Positions 38,965 through 51,932 of a DNA stretch of 64,000 nt are shown piece after piece (position 1 is the first letter of the stretch; each line of letters starts with the position of its first letter). The notes below the pieces were generated by a model. It did not search any database. It saw nothing but the letters and a program-made list of their open reading frames with translations, and was not told where the DNA came from. The position numbers and the translations under genes were made by a program. This stretch comes from Saccostrea cucullata (taxonomy: Eukaryota), in NCBI RefSeq assembly GCF_032062105.1, contig NW_026921153.1, forward strand, positions 62,001 to 126,000, given 5' to 3'.

Positions 38965-40223
38965 GCTAACAACCTTAATGCTGCAATGAAAAATCGCTTA
39001 ATCTTCATTCAAATATCTTTGAATGAAATTAATTTCTCAGATTTAAGTAATATGAGCTCACATAATATAATTTTCATGTGAATTTTTACTAATTAATTGA
39101 ATGTGCACAAATTTAATTTAAAACAGAGCAAAATTTGCTTAATCAGAGGGTTCTAAATGTAACATCCCTGTTACCATGGCAACCAAATTGAAAAGTTAGA
39201 CTTTAACATCATATTTATTAAAGACATACCAATTGTAGTAAATGGTGTGAATTTCAGCTAAATCGGAGATATGTCATGTCCACGACCCTATTTAAAATTT
39301 TGATTTTTATAGAGAATTGATATTAAAACATTACTATAGGGTAGGCACTTGGTAATTTAGGGCTTTCCATGGCTATGCTTATGTGCTTTTGATCCTCATC
39401 ATTTTTTCATTATAAATAACCTTTTTTTCAGATATAGTTTGTGCACAGTGTGAAATCCAGGAAGAAAATCAAGAAAGCAAGTATTTCTTCCGTCCTTTTT
39501 CCAGTTTTGAAATAATATACTAAACTAATTAGAAACTCATATAAAAAGTACATGTACACAAATGATGAAAAATTTATGATTATAAATGTTCATCGTCATT
39601 TCAATTTATGTTTTCTAGTTGTAGCTTTTTTTCTTATGGCTATTTTTTATTAAGTATAATGAAAGCATTCATATCCTTTATTGAATCTCTTTCAGCAAAA
39701 TTTACATGAGAAATGTTGATTTTTTTGTAACAATGCTTTTTTCTAATGTGTTGATCTTATTCCAGTCCATACGATCCTCTCTTCCTATATCTTTGTTTGA
39801 TATTTGATTACATGTCTAATAAGTTACTAGAAAGTTATTTTCAACTCGGCCTAGGGCGCTTCTTATCCTAATGCTTCACTGCTCCCGGTAAGAGGAAACT
39901 GTTGTTTTTGAAAATATTTTAAGATGTTGGATTGATTATTTTTGTCCAAGTGGCTCTTAAGAAGATCCTTTAATGACCCCGTCCTTGCCTTTCCTTGATT
40001 ATCTCCCTTTTTAAAGGGGATTTGGTCCTTCAAGTTAACCCTAAAAAACACAGTTTGCTCTCAATAGCTTGGGATCAAATGCTTTTCAAGTTTGAAATAT
40101 TGAAAAATACAAATCTTCGCCTATACCCATCATAATTAAGATGAATGCATAGAGCCTGTAATTTTTTTTCTGTAGGTACTAGATCAGCATTTGTATTGTT
40201 ACTAAACTCTGATGTAATTTTAG

Positions 40224-42919
40224 GCTCGCCTGATTGCTGGGATGCAAGTTCAAAGATTGTCGCCTATTCCTCAGTTAGCCGTGATGATCGTTCAAAACAG
40301 CGTAAGTGTTTTCTTTTCACTGTTCTGTTTTATCTTGTAGAATAATATCATGGTGTACAAGGGGTCACAAAAATACCATAGAGTACTTTAATAAAAATTA
40401 AAACAAACAATGACTATCGAAGAAATCCGCAAAATTGTATCTCGCGGATTGATTAAAAAATGTGTTTCTTCAAAATTATAATTCTAAATTAATCTTGTTA
40501 GTGATATTTATTCTATGAGCTATTTTAAGTAGGATGATCACAGACCTATAATCTCAGAGGTCGAATCAGCTGCCATGGAGAATAAACATCCTCTTTTAAT
40601 TGGTTACACGATTCTACCTTTTTATCATGATAGGTTAAATCTTAATTACATAAACTAGTATATTAATAATTACAATGAATCTTTTTATGTAGGAAAAACA
40701 TTTGTAAAAAAACCAGGTTTAACTTACCTTTTTATGAATTAACACGTAGCCAAAATCTCAAGGCAATTTTTCAATTTTCTAGTATTGTGGAATGTGGGTA
40801 TTTTTTTCAATTCTGTGTTTTTATGGCCTAAATCAATTTGAATAAGATATCATTTACAAATAACAAACTATACTTATTCAAAATGTGTCATATGATTTTC
40901 AAATAGAAATAACGATGAACTAAACTTATTTGAAGCTAAATCTTGTCCTTTTCATTTTTTTTTCTCCAGAAAATGAAGATCACCACACGCTGCCTTCAGG
41001 CGATTCCACAGATATACAGGTTGATGTATTAGACGGTGTGTGAATAAAGATTTTGTGTGTATCATGTCTTTTCAATCGAGTTTATTCAATTATTCATTGA
41101 TATGGGTTTTTTTCCTTTTTGTTTTATAAATTGACTAAATGTGTAACATTACAGAAAATATAAAGTATTCTATGAATTTTTAGGGAATTATTTAGTCGAA
41201 TCCTCATATGCAAGTTGTAATAATTACACTTTTTCACTCAAAAATCAAATGTTAGGGAGTAGAACATAAGGGGATAATTCATATATTTTTTCCTATTTTT
41301 TTCACTTGATGTATCATTAAAATATCTCCCGATAAGTCAGAAACTGAAATGTATGGAGATAATGAACGGTATTGAAAGTCCATTAAATAATACAAAATAG
41401 GAGCAGAGAAAACATAATAAAAAATGGAAGATGAGGTTCTGATAAAAGTGTCTACATCGTCTAATTGCACTGCTTGACATATTCCACGAATTCTTATTAC
41501 CCTTCCCATAAAACCACGAGTTTTTTGATGTCTTTGTTCGTAAAGTCGGTAATTATTATTTACCATCTGCTTTTTTAGTAATAATATAAATAGGATGACC
41601 CCCAAAGGGAGTATTTGATTGGTTGAAAGTGAAAGGTAAGTTAAGACCTGTATTAAGAAATAGAGCATTGCCCTATTCTTAATACAGTTAAAATTACGAG
41701 ATTCGAAAAATCTTATGATACACTGTATTAAGAGTGTATACACGGTAAGATTTTGTATTGATTTATAATACAAATTTTATAATAAAAATCTTACCGTGTA
41801 TACCGGCCTAAACACACCTGGCCATGCAGAATAATTATCATACCGCGCTAAAAATCGGTATTCAATTTGTCCGCACAGTCAGGTGTGTTAAAGGACAGAC
41901 GAAATTCCCAAATATGAATTCATTGCTTAAATAATGACTTTTAATTCAGTATTATTTTAGCTTTAAGGTCAGATGACACGTTCCTGGCCTTAAAAATGAT
42001 CATTATGCCATTTTCCCCTGATTTCTTTTTGCCTTTTCCCTGTCTTTATACCTATATTGTTTTCGCAATAATTTGATACTAAGGGCCTTCGATTGTGGGA
42101 TATGAAACTATTTTCGGTATTGGGAAAAAAAGACTGCACTTATTCTTTATATCAATACAAAATATATCTCTAATACATTGTATCATGATTTCAGATGATG
42201 ATGAAAATTGTCGAATGCTGATAGCTGGTCTTACAGGTGTAGGCATAAGCGCCCTAACCAACTCTATTGCCGGAAGTGAAGTTCAAGTATCTAAAAGCTC
42301 ACCGAGATCTGTTACTCAAAAAGCCTCTCAAATAAAATGTAAAAGAATGGAAAGATTGCTAGTATGTTTTGACACACCTGGAATGTCTACGATTGATGAC
42401 ACAAAAATAGTTCAGGAACAATATGAGAAATGTTTGATCAAAGCCGCTCCTGGATTTCACGCCATATTAGTCGTGCAAAAAGCTACAAGCTTCTCAGATC
42501 ACAACGAAAAATTCCTAAACAATATCACAAAGATGTTTGGGGAGGACCTATGGAAATTCGTTGTGTTTGTCTTTACTCATATTGATCAAATAGGGGAAAA
42601 TTTGGAGGAAAAAATAGCAAAGGGAGACAAGCGCTTGCACTACTGGCTTCACAAATGTGAACACCGGTACGTGGGAATTAATAACAGGGCAAAAGGGGAA
42701 GAAAATGAGCAGCAAATTTCAAAACTGCTCGACGTTGTGGAGAAGATGAAACGGGTGAATGTTGATAAGATATACACCAATGAGGACTTTAAGAAAACCT
42801 ATAATATGCTGAAGATTGCTGCACGTGACTTAAAGGTGTCCGTTCAAAATATCCAGGACAATCCAGGAAAAATATTAGGATTTACATTAGAAGTATTAAA
42901 ATATTTTAATAACCCTTGA
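40224..42919 (+). CDS. AIG1/GIMAP-family GTPase, type B copy 1 (exons 40224-40301, 40970-41035, 42195-42919; start exon not located); Walker A Lys replaced by Ile
   Basis: G1 GLTGVGIS, G2 SVT, G3 [14 protein letters not shown] box, MFGE, G4 THID, GINN. Two symmetric phase-1 upstream exons have canonical AG/GT sites and are conserved in copy 2. Confidence 0.85.
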
Positions 42920-42944
42920 GGCCGAAAAATAGAGGGAAATAGAG

Positions 42945-43060
42945 AGAAGAAAGAGGGGGGAGAGCGAAGAGAGAAGGAAAGGAGAAAGCAAAATAGTGAG
43001 AGCGGGGAGAGAGAGCAAGAGACAGAGACGCAGAGAGAGAGAGAGAGAGAGAGAGAGAGT
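42945..43060 (+). repeat. Purine-rich (GA)n microsatellite in the 3'UTR of GIMAP B1 (paralogous tract at ~63000-63150)
   Basis: Direct reading. Confidence 0.9.
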
Positions 43061-44090
43061 GTGTTATTTTCATAATGATCTCTCGTGAGCCATATGTTAA
43101 AATACATATTTTTTTTCTTTTATACTGTAATTGTTTACTGTATCATATATGAACATTTATCAGCTTTCACTAATAACGCATCGTTAGAGACTGCCTACCG
43201 CAACTTTATTTGTCACGGGATAAAATATGAATTTTCCGGATTCAATATACATTATTGTGTAGATTTTTGTTATTAATCTTTGTTCTATTCTATATTTTGT
43301 ATTAAATTTTGTCAATAATGTGAGCCTTATTCCAATATTTGAAACATTAAAAAAGATTTAACTAGTTCCATTGATACTTATTGCTCCATCACTGTTTCTT
43401 TTGTTCATTTTTAGTCTGAACATTCTTATTATAGCTGGTGTTAGTGTTTACTAAGGACAACTCACAAAATTATACATATATTCATACACTTTTCAATTTA
43501 TTTAAAACAAATTCTAGACTAAAATCTAAAAAAAATATTTTGAACATTGACGTATTAAAGGTTTTAAGAGTTTTTCCTATCAACAATACGAGAAACAAAA
43601 CACTAATGGCTAAAGATAAAGAATTTTCAATCTTTTTCATGGGTCAATCGAAAACATTTATTCACAATAAATAAAAGTCTTTTCACAAAGAAAACACAAA
43701 TGTGACAAATGAATACCTTAGCATTGAAGTAAACATTTCAAATTCAGTGTTATTTTTTATATAGATAAGTTTAACACCAAGGTCAAGGTCAAAGTGTCAC
43801 AATTGTTTGCTACCAAGATAAGGACATATCCAAAGAAATACACATGAAATTGGAAGTCCTAGCACAAACAGATCAAAATTTAGTGCCAAGAACGTACAGA
43901 TCATTTTTTTCAAAAGTAAATTAACTTTCAAGGTGGAAGCCAAAGAGTCAAAAAAGGAGATTCTTTTTAAACACAAAGCTTTGAATATCTGGCCGATTCA
44001 GTATCCATATTGATGTGCAGACATTTCAATTTCCTTAATCAAGAACGTAAAGATCATTTATTAGAAATTTTTTACAGGTTTTGTCTTAGC

Positions 44091-44381
44091 TTGTTTGTTT
44101 GATAATGTTGTATAACGTCCCTCTGAAGTATTTTTTACCTGAAATGGAACGACACCTCTTGCCAGTGCAGAGCAGCAATTTTTTCATATACTTGACACTG
44201 AAGAGCACACAACAATGAGGGATCTTTTTCGTGCTAGCACCTACTGCGACACGGGATCTAGGTTATACGGTCTCATCCGCAGAGTGTCCTCGTCCCACAG
44301 TGGGATTCGAATCTGCGACGTAATGTTCAACTCCTAACTTCACTATTCTAAATCAGACGCTCTAATCACTGCGCCACACGT
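44091..44381 (-). mobile_element. tRNA-derived SINE with Deu/Nin-like central domain
   Basis: Minus strand: TGGCGCAGTGATTAG (A-box), GATTCGAATCCC (B-box), CGGATGAGACCGTATAACC..ATCCCGTGTCGCAGTAGGTG core, (CAAA)n tail. Confidence 0.8.
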
Positions 44382-44840
44382 ACAAATCTTTAGTTTTGTA
44401 ATGTATAAATCTCATTCACTTGTCTGCAAAACAATAATTTTTTCTCATTTGTACATTTTGACGTTATGAGATTGGCTCAAAGTGCACATTAAAATTAATT
44501 ATATCAAAGAAACCTTCAAACATCAGCTAAATATGGGATCAGTAATAAATGTATATTAGGATTCAATTCATGAACCTGTCCCTGCCAATCTTTCTTTACA
44601 CCATTATTATAAAAGATGTCATATTCTTAAAAAGCTGAAATTATTATTCCATTTCCAATTGTTTTTTAATTATAATAAACTTATTTTGACACAGAGATAA
44701 AAGCTTAAAAAAATATTAGGAGTATTTCTTGTTACTGGCTAAATTTGCATTTTATTTTCTGCACGCTCAAAACATCTTTAAAATTTATAATTTTCTATCA
44801 TAACTTAGCTGTTTTTTAAATATTTTATTATACTTCTTCC

Positions 44841-46941
44841 CTAAAATCTAAAGACATCATCACTGATAGGACTATAATAAATCCATGATGTAGGAAGTAA
44901 AATAGCATACTCGAAAGGTTTGCTAGAAGGTAAGATCTTCTGTAGAACATTAATTAACACCGGCTCTAAAGAAACAGAATTAATACGTTCAAAAGCAGTG
45001 CAAAGTATGACTTTGCAAATTTCATTTATAAAAGCTACAATATGAGGTTCAATTGCAGATTTAAAGCTAACTAACATGTCAATGATTGATGGTGGAGGGG
45101 TATATTCTTTGGCTTTACATTCATTTACAACAGACATAAACCTTTCGATTTGATCTTTTGTCTGCTCTTGCGTTTCAAAATCGTTTTCAAATACCACAAT
45201 TCTCTGTTCAACAGCTGTATATAGATTGAATAGCTCTTCTATAGCTGTCCATTTGAAAAAATCCTCTTCACGATAGTTTTTTCCTTTCGTAATTATGATA
45301 AAAGTTTTTCCAAGAAAATGTTTAAATTTCGTAAGAAAAATCCTGATGCACGATATTTCTTCCTCCTGTATTCTTTGTGCAGGAATAACAAACCCTATGA
45401 TATCACTTCCTACTAATGCTCGATTCAGTTTCCTAATTACAGGTCCTCTCAATGCTGGGGTATCCAATAATGTAATGTTGAGTTCTTTCACAGGATATTG
45501 AGTAATGTCTTTTGTTGTCGATTCGGAACTAAGACCAGTCGTAGATCTGGCCACATTCTCTCCTATTATGGTGTTGATTGTTGCACTTTTCCCAGCACCA
45601 CGTGGTCCTATCACAAAAACCCTCTGGGGAACTGAGATGGAAAGTAGAATAATTGTTTTATTAATTAAATATGTATTTCATCTGCCATGTGCCATTTCGG
45701 TTGCAACCTCCATAAAATACAAAACAAAACCTTCATAAAAATGTTTCTTGACAGTGGATTACAATTTATTAAATATTTTGCCATGCAATTAAAGTTTTCC
45801 CATAACACAATGTTGTATAAATATAATACTTTACATACATTAATCGTACATGTATATACATTTTATATGATGCATATAGACTTTTTTATATATATAGAAT
45901 AGAAAGGGCTTTACTTATCCAGGGGGAAAAGATGTAGAGCTTAAGAGCATGATGCTTAAAAATACATTTAAGGGTAACATCTGTCAAAACACATTTAAAT
46001 TATGGGCAAAACTTGCATAAATTGAAGATGTTCATATCCGCCAAAAATAAAGGTTTTTTATATGACTTCTATAATGTTGAATCTCAGTCAATTCAAGAAC
46101 TTAAAATCATTTTATTAAACATTTGTTGATTTCTCACTATAGAGGTCAAATATGTGTTTACGGAGTGGTATTAAATATCATATCGCAGCGAGACGTTCGT
46201 TTAGTTACCGTTCTTTACTCACACTTGTTAACTCTCATAGCTCTTCATGTAAGAATGTCACATTGTTTAGTAAAAGAACATATTATGTAATGATTTTATG
46301 CAAATTATTTAAACACAATAATGTATCTATATTTTTTAATTAATATTGAGATGGATTAAATGAAAAGAATGCAGTCCTCGTAAGAGGAACATTGTAAAAA
46401 TATTAAATACATTGTTTTGCAAATGTGGACGATGTCCTGATAAAAAACGAAGTAAAATTATCTTATAAACTTATAAATTTTTTCAATATCCATATCAATA
46501 TCATCTTTAGCGTTTGTTGTAAATCACACAAATATTTTGTATCATCTTTTGTAGGAAGAAATTTTGAAGCCATTTCCCTTGCCTATTAGATTACTTCAAT
46601 AACTAATTATTTATTGGTGTGCAGTGAAATGAAAGGAGCCATTCTTGCACAACAGATTTATGTGAAATATGAATAAAGGGAAATTCAGACAATTCATCTG
46701 TAAGCAAGGTATTTGGATCTTGTCGTGTATCAAACTTCATACTAGTAACTTATAAAGAAGAAGGGTAACATTTAACGGTTTGTTTGAAAACAATTTACAT
46801 TTTTTTGCTTAACGGGTCTCAGAACCCAATACATGTTCAGCACACTTTCCCCTGGTCCCCAGCAGAAATAAATAGGATTCTTATTTATTCCTCACGATTT
46901 ATCAAAGACTTACCCAAAACATGTAAACTCCCGGTATCCAT
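44841..46941 (-). CDS. AIG1/GIMAP-family GTPase-like protein, type A copy 2 (exons 46941-46914 and 45631-44841; ~272 aa)
   Basis: Same motifs as A1 (GPRGAGKS, DTPA, GFVIPAQR, TKGK). A 28-nt first coding exon (MDTGSLHVL) with a GTAAGT donor splices in phase to the TCCATCTCAG acceptor. Confidence 0.85.
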
Positions 46942-47500
46942 TTCACTGAAAGCATTGGTAATTATTCTAGATACCATTGTAGTATTTATCACGTGACTCT
47001 GTACATAGCTTTAAATATGGAGAAAATATGAAATATGCCCTGTGCTTATTGAATCACTAAGTAAATATTTACTTGTTAGTGTGCAACGAAATCAAAGGAA
47101 CTGTTTTGGCGCAACAAGCAAACTTGTTTTTGCTTGCATAAGACCCAAAACGGAATTTGAATAGCATATTTTTAATTTGAAACCGCTTCATATGTTTTAG
47201 GCCATGGCTGAAAGTAAAGAAAATAAAGGTGAGTTTATGGAAGGAATGGAATGGCTTCTAATTTATATCTAATTACTCAAAATGTCTTTCCAACAAAAAA
47301 GAATTGATAGTATTTGATACAAACGTCCATCTATCTCATTATGATTTTGAAATATTTGCCTCCTAGCGGATAACCATGAATTTAATATTTTCCTAATACT
47401 CATTTCACAAAGGTTTTTTATATTGTGTACTGAAAAAAACGTTCCAATGCATTGTCGCTTTGCACTAGCACGTTGAATGGTAATTGTAGATAGTTTTGTA

Positions 47501-48068
47501 AGAAGAAGGTATGGTTTCCATGCAAATTTTGCCCTGTGATTTTCTAAAAAATGAAACTGGTGTAAAAATGGAAAACTCATGCTTTTTAAATAATTGAAAT
47601 TCAATACAGAAATATCATACAAGTCATTTTTCTCACATGTGTTTATGACGTCAAAAACATGTGCATTTTCCCGTATTTTCTTAAAAAGTTGCAGAAGACA
47701 CCAATTTTCAATGGAATTTTCTTTCAGGTAACATTGTCCACAGGCATCGCCCACAAAGATCTGTAGATATGTGATTTGTTATTGAATTTTGCACAAAATA
47801 TCAAAAAATTAACGTGGGCGACGGCTGTGGACACTATTTTCTAAAGGAAAATCACCCTTGAAATGTGCCATTTTGAGCCTTTTTCTGTTGAAAATAGAGA
47901 AATGATTTACATTAATGACCTCATATTTGCAGAATGGTAAACCTTCATGCCATTTTCTTTCTTGATTATTCAGAGTCATTTATTTAACTAATATTTAAGC
48001 CAGTTTCAAACCTTTTTGATGTCATTACATTTTTAGGGCGCAATAAAGCTAAAACCATACCTTCTTCT
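47501..48068. mobile_element. Non-autonomous DNA transposon (MITE), copy 2, inverted relative to 3218-3758
   Basis: TIRs AGAAGAAGGTATGGTTT and AAACCATACCTTCTTCT; the interior is the reverse complement of copy 1. Confidence 0.85.
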
Positions 48069-48385
48069 TTATATTCAATTTAATCAATTAAATTACTATG
48101 AAAATTTGATTTCCAGATTTTTCATAAATTCTGCTTCATACTTTTAGGCGCCGAAACTTTTTGCTGTCCGATTTTCTTTTTAGACCGAGCACACTTCATT
48201 CTTCATTTTAATACATATTCTGAATATTTCCGTTTATTAATATCATGAACTACTATTCACACAGAAAGACAGACAAGATAAGCATTTTTTAAGAAATGTA
48301 CATTACTGACTTTTCAAACAATCAAATGTTTGAATAAGTAAAATTAATGGTAAATGGCATTCATTTAAAAAGGAGTCTTGCACAA

Positions 48386-48597
48386 TACTGTGTACAGTTT
48401 TATTTTCGCCCCGTTTTATTTTCGCCCTTTCACACTTGCAGACAATTTTGCCCCGTTTTAAATTCGCCTTGTCAAAAAATTAAGCTAAGTACTAATACTG
48501 TATTATATGTATTCGCCCCGATTTAAATTCGCCCAAATGAGGCTAGGGCGAAAGGGGCTAAAATAAAACCAGGGCGAAAATTTCCCCGTATACAGTA
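48386..48597. mobile_element. Tc1/mariner-like MITE (TTCGCCCC-rich family; relatives at 61674-61851 and ~7585-7678)
   Basis: TACTGT...TTTTCGCCCC and GGGCGAAAA...TACAGTA termini. Confidence 0.7.
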
Positions 48598-50693
48598 TGT
48601 TAATGGTGACATATACTGAGTATTTGGCACATACTCTTCATGCAATATTTATATTAAATAAAATGCTTAAAAAGGAAAGCTATTTTGTAATCCATTAATA
48701 CTACGATATAGTATTTTTTAAAATTCAAATGTACACTAAAAGTTTATGATTAACACTTTATTTGTCCATTGCAAGAATTATCTAGATATCATTGTCACTT
48801 TCTTTAATATGTAGAATAAGCAATTAACATGAATTGTTCTATCAATATGCCTGGAAACATTATTTTGAAATAAATTATCAAAAAATGAGTACAGAATGTA
48901 CCCCTGGGAGCAGAGCATTTTTAAAAAATATACTAATTAGAGAAAGGAGAAGAAAACAAAAGTTCCATTATGGGAGTAATACTACTGTCTCCATAAAAAA
49001 TTACAAAAACTGTTCACCTTACAGATGTATTTCATAAAAGCTTTATTCATGTTTAACTTAATTTAATAAAATGTATGCCTTAATACTTTGGCAAGGATAC
49101 TGAAACTCAATCGAGATTCTCCGCTGTTTTGCGGTCGTTAAAAACCTTCAACCTCTTCAATTAGTCAGCATTGAACCCCTCATCCCTCCGTCCAGTGCTC
49201 AATAACATAATTAGGTCAAATATTATTTGTTCATGAGGGATACTGTATAATTAATGCAAATCGTTTAACTAAAAAAACTGTTTTATGATTATAATCAGCA
49301 GTGCGTCCTCTACCAAAATTGTGAAATTCATGGCCTTGGGGTCAGGGGTTCCTAACCAGTTGATAAATCGCGATCGCAGGATTTACAGAGTATATACCGA
49401 GGACCTAATCCCTTTATTTCTTTGACGTTATTGTTCTACGTATTGGCAATGTTTTGGTAAATAATTTTACTAATAAGAATTCGACATAACAGCCACTCTT
49501 CATAAACAGATACACTGCATTTTGTGAATTTCTTACCAGAGGGCATATTATGCCGAGTAATACTAAACAAATCATTGGCAGCGCTTTGTTGAAGTTTCCA
49601 TTGTCGATAGCTAGCGCCTTATGAAGGATCCGGTGTCGATATATATTGCGTTAAATCGTTGGTTACGTGACATAAAGCGATAAGCAAATGCCCTAACCGC
49701 TTAAAATGTGCTTCGATTAAAGTCAACAGAGCTTTAAAAGACTGGTAAAATAGTCCAAGGTATATCGAGATTGTCTGATCTCCTCCTACAAGTCGACAAA
49801 AGAAAGAATTGTTTAAGGGCATGAAATTTGTCCCACATTACTAGTGTAAAAATTCAAATTCAAAGTTGCATAGTTTTTCACAATCCTACAAAGATAAGAA
49901 TCGTTTAAAAGTCTAGAATAACAATGCACTGAACACGTGGCTACACTTGATTCCCTTCCATGTATTGGAAACCGTACTCAGTGTCAGGTTTCAATTTTCT
50001 CCAAAACCTTTTCGAGCAAGTTGTGAAACTTTTCGGAATAACAGCATTAGACAAATATTTCTTTTCTGCACCCTACAATTACTACAGGAATTTGATACAA
50101 ATGTTTGTCGTTTATTTAAATGCAAAGGCACAATTCTGTGTTTCTTAAGACTGTTGAGAGATCGACTCAGAGATAGAAAATTTTTAGGGAAAAAAAAGGT
50201 GTTAATAATGCAATTATAAAAATATGCTTGAGTTTCTGATTGACAATACCTATGTGGTTTTTGGAATCTGATGATTCGGAGTACCGTGTTTGCTCTGCTC
50301 CTATTTTGCATTGCTTTATTGACATTGATATTGAATAATATTAAACATCCACGTAAATAAGTTGAATATGATTGGTCGAGATTTGTTTAAAAATACTCTT
50401 ACCTGCTGAATCCTGAAGCCACGCCCTTCAGCGTAGCAAGAGTTAACAATGCTTGACGACGGACGATATTCCAAAAAATAACGACTGTGCAGAATTTATG
50501 CGCGCAGGGTTCACTGTTATATGTATTTGTATAAAATATTCAGTATTATACAATAAATATTCCAGTAACTCAACTACATGAAATATTTATATACTGTTTG
50601 TTATCTCCATATCTTTCCTTTCCCATTTCATAGACACATAATAGGTAAAAGGTGAAAAGAGGAACAAGTATGCATTGTTATAAAGATTCATTC

Positions 50694-50694
<1 letters not shown>

Positions 50695-50752
<58 letters not shown>

Positions 50753-50880
50753 AGCACAAAGAAATTCACTTTTACATGGATACCCACTTCCGCCTTAGCC
50801 CGGGGTTGAACTCTCGACCTTCGGAATCTGTCTCCTAGCAGTGCAGGAACAGCGCGCTAGACCGCTCGGCTATCTAGGCA
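50695..50880 (-). mobile_element. tRNA-derived short element abutting a (TA)n microsatellite
   Basis: Minus strand GCCTAGATAGCCGAGCGGTCTAGCGCGCTG (A-box) ... GAGTTCAACCCCGGGC (B-box), then a ~50-nt tail ending GTGCTTTC(TA)n. Confidence 0.65.
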
Positions 50881-51932
50881 AGTTAAAAAAACTTGCTTTC
50901 GATGCCGATGGAACTCTCGCGGCGCTGCCCTACACTACACGGTCATTGAGAATAGAAGTGAGATACAGTTATTTGGACATTAGTTTTTACAGAGGATTGT
51001 TACCAATACATGTTGTAATGAAATTAATTATTATTTATAAAGCACATTTTACAACAACTCTTAATTGTTAGTTTAAGAGTTGTTGTAATAAATATATGTC
51101 ATTTTTTGATATTAACAAATCGAATATCTGATATCAAAAAGAAAACCCCGAACTTCAGTGCCAGATTTGCTTTCTACTAAAATATGTTGATTTCAGATGT
51201 AAAGATTATCATTTAAATGAAAGAATTAGATAAGTGTTCTCGATATTGTGGTCATATTTATTTGCATGGACTTAATATATTAGTTTCTGGGGGGTAAATT
51301 TGAGTAACTAATCTAGGTGTGCTGTAGGTCGGGCTTTGATAGAGAATTTCTCTGTAACCAGTATCAAAAGCAGCCTTTAGCTTCTCCAATTGCATATTTG
51401 TGTAGGTAATGTTACGTCATATCTGATCAGCAAGAACTCGGTGTGTGGTTGCAGAAGTTTATTCTTCAATGTGAATTATATGATCGAGCCTTCCATAAAC
51501 TCATTAAGATTTTGCTCAAGTTATGTGTGTACAATTAATTGTTAAAAATACAGTCAATAGTGCAAAAGAACGACGGCAATCTAACATCCGGACGATTCTT
51601 GTTTTTATATATCAGAAAATACCTCAAAAATATTAAAACGGCGCCTCATATAGTTAACGACAACACCGTTCGTTAGGAAAAAGACAGGGATCAAACATTT
51701 TATAGAAAAAAAAAACTATTTCAAGGCATTACCAGTTCATTTTCTCACTAATATGACCCCAAAGGCAAGAGATTGTTCTCAAAAGCTTTAATTCGGAACA
51801 AGAAAAAAGAAGAAATAAATGTTTTGGAATGCATCTAATTTCCTCTATCCATAAAAAATAAAATTCAAATGCATAAAACTGATTCTTGTTTAAGGAGGAA
51901 TTGTTGATAAACATGTGTATTGTTATTTTTAG

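Noticed and set aside
41279-41773. 164-aa minus-strand ORF; likewise 47269-47754 and 63064-63567
   Set aside because: AT-rich, low-complexity translations lying in an intron, a MITE or a microsatellite 3'UTR; no motifs.
42095-42194. ORF-track N-termini of the GIMAP ORFs (also 62247, 29433, 45614)
   Set aside because: These are intronic read-through or non-ATG starts; paralog-conserved splice acceptors define the real exon starts.
50798-50879. Functional tRNA gene
   Set aside because: The acceptor stem has mismatches and the anticodon arm is irregular; better explained as a SINE head.
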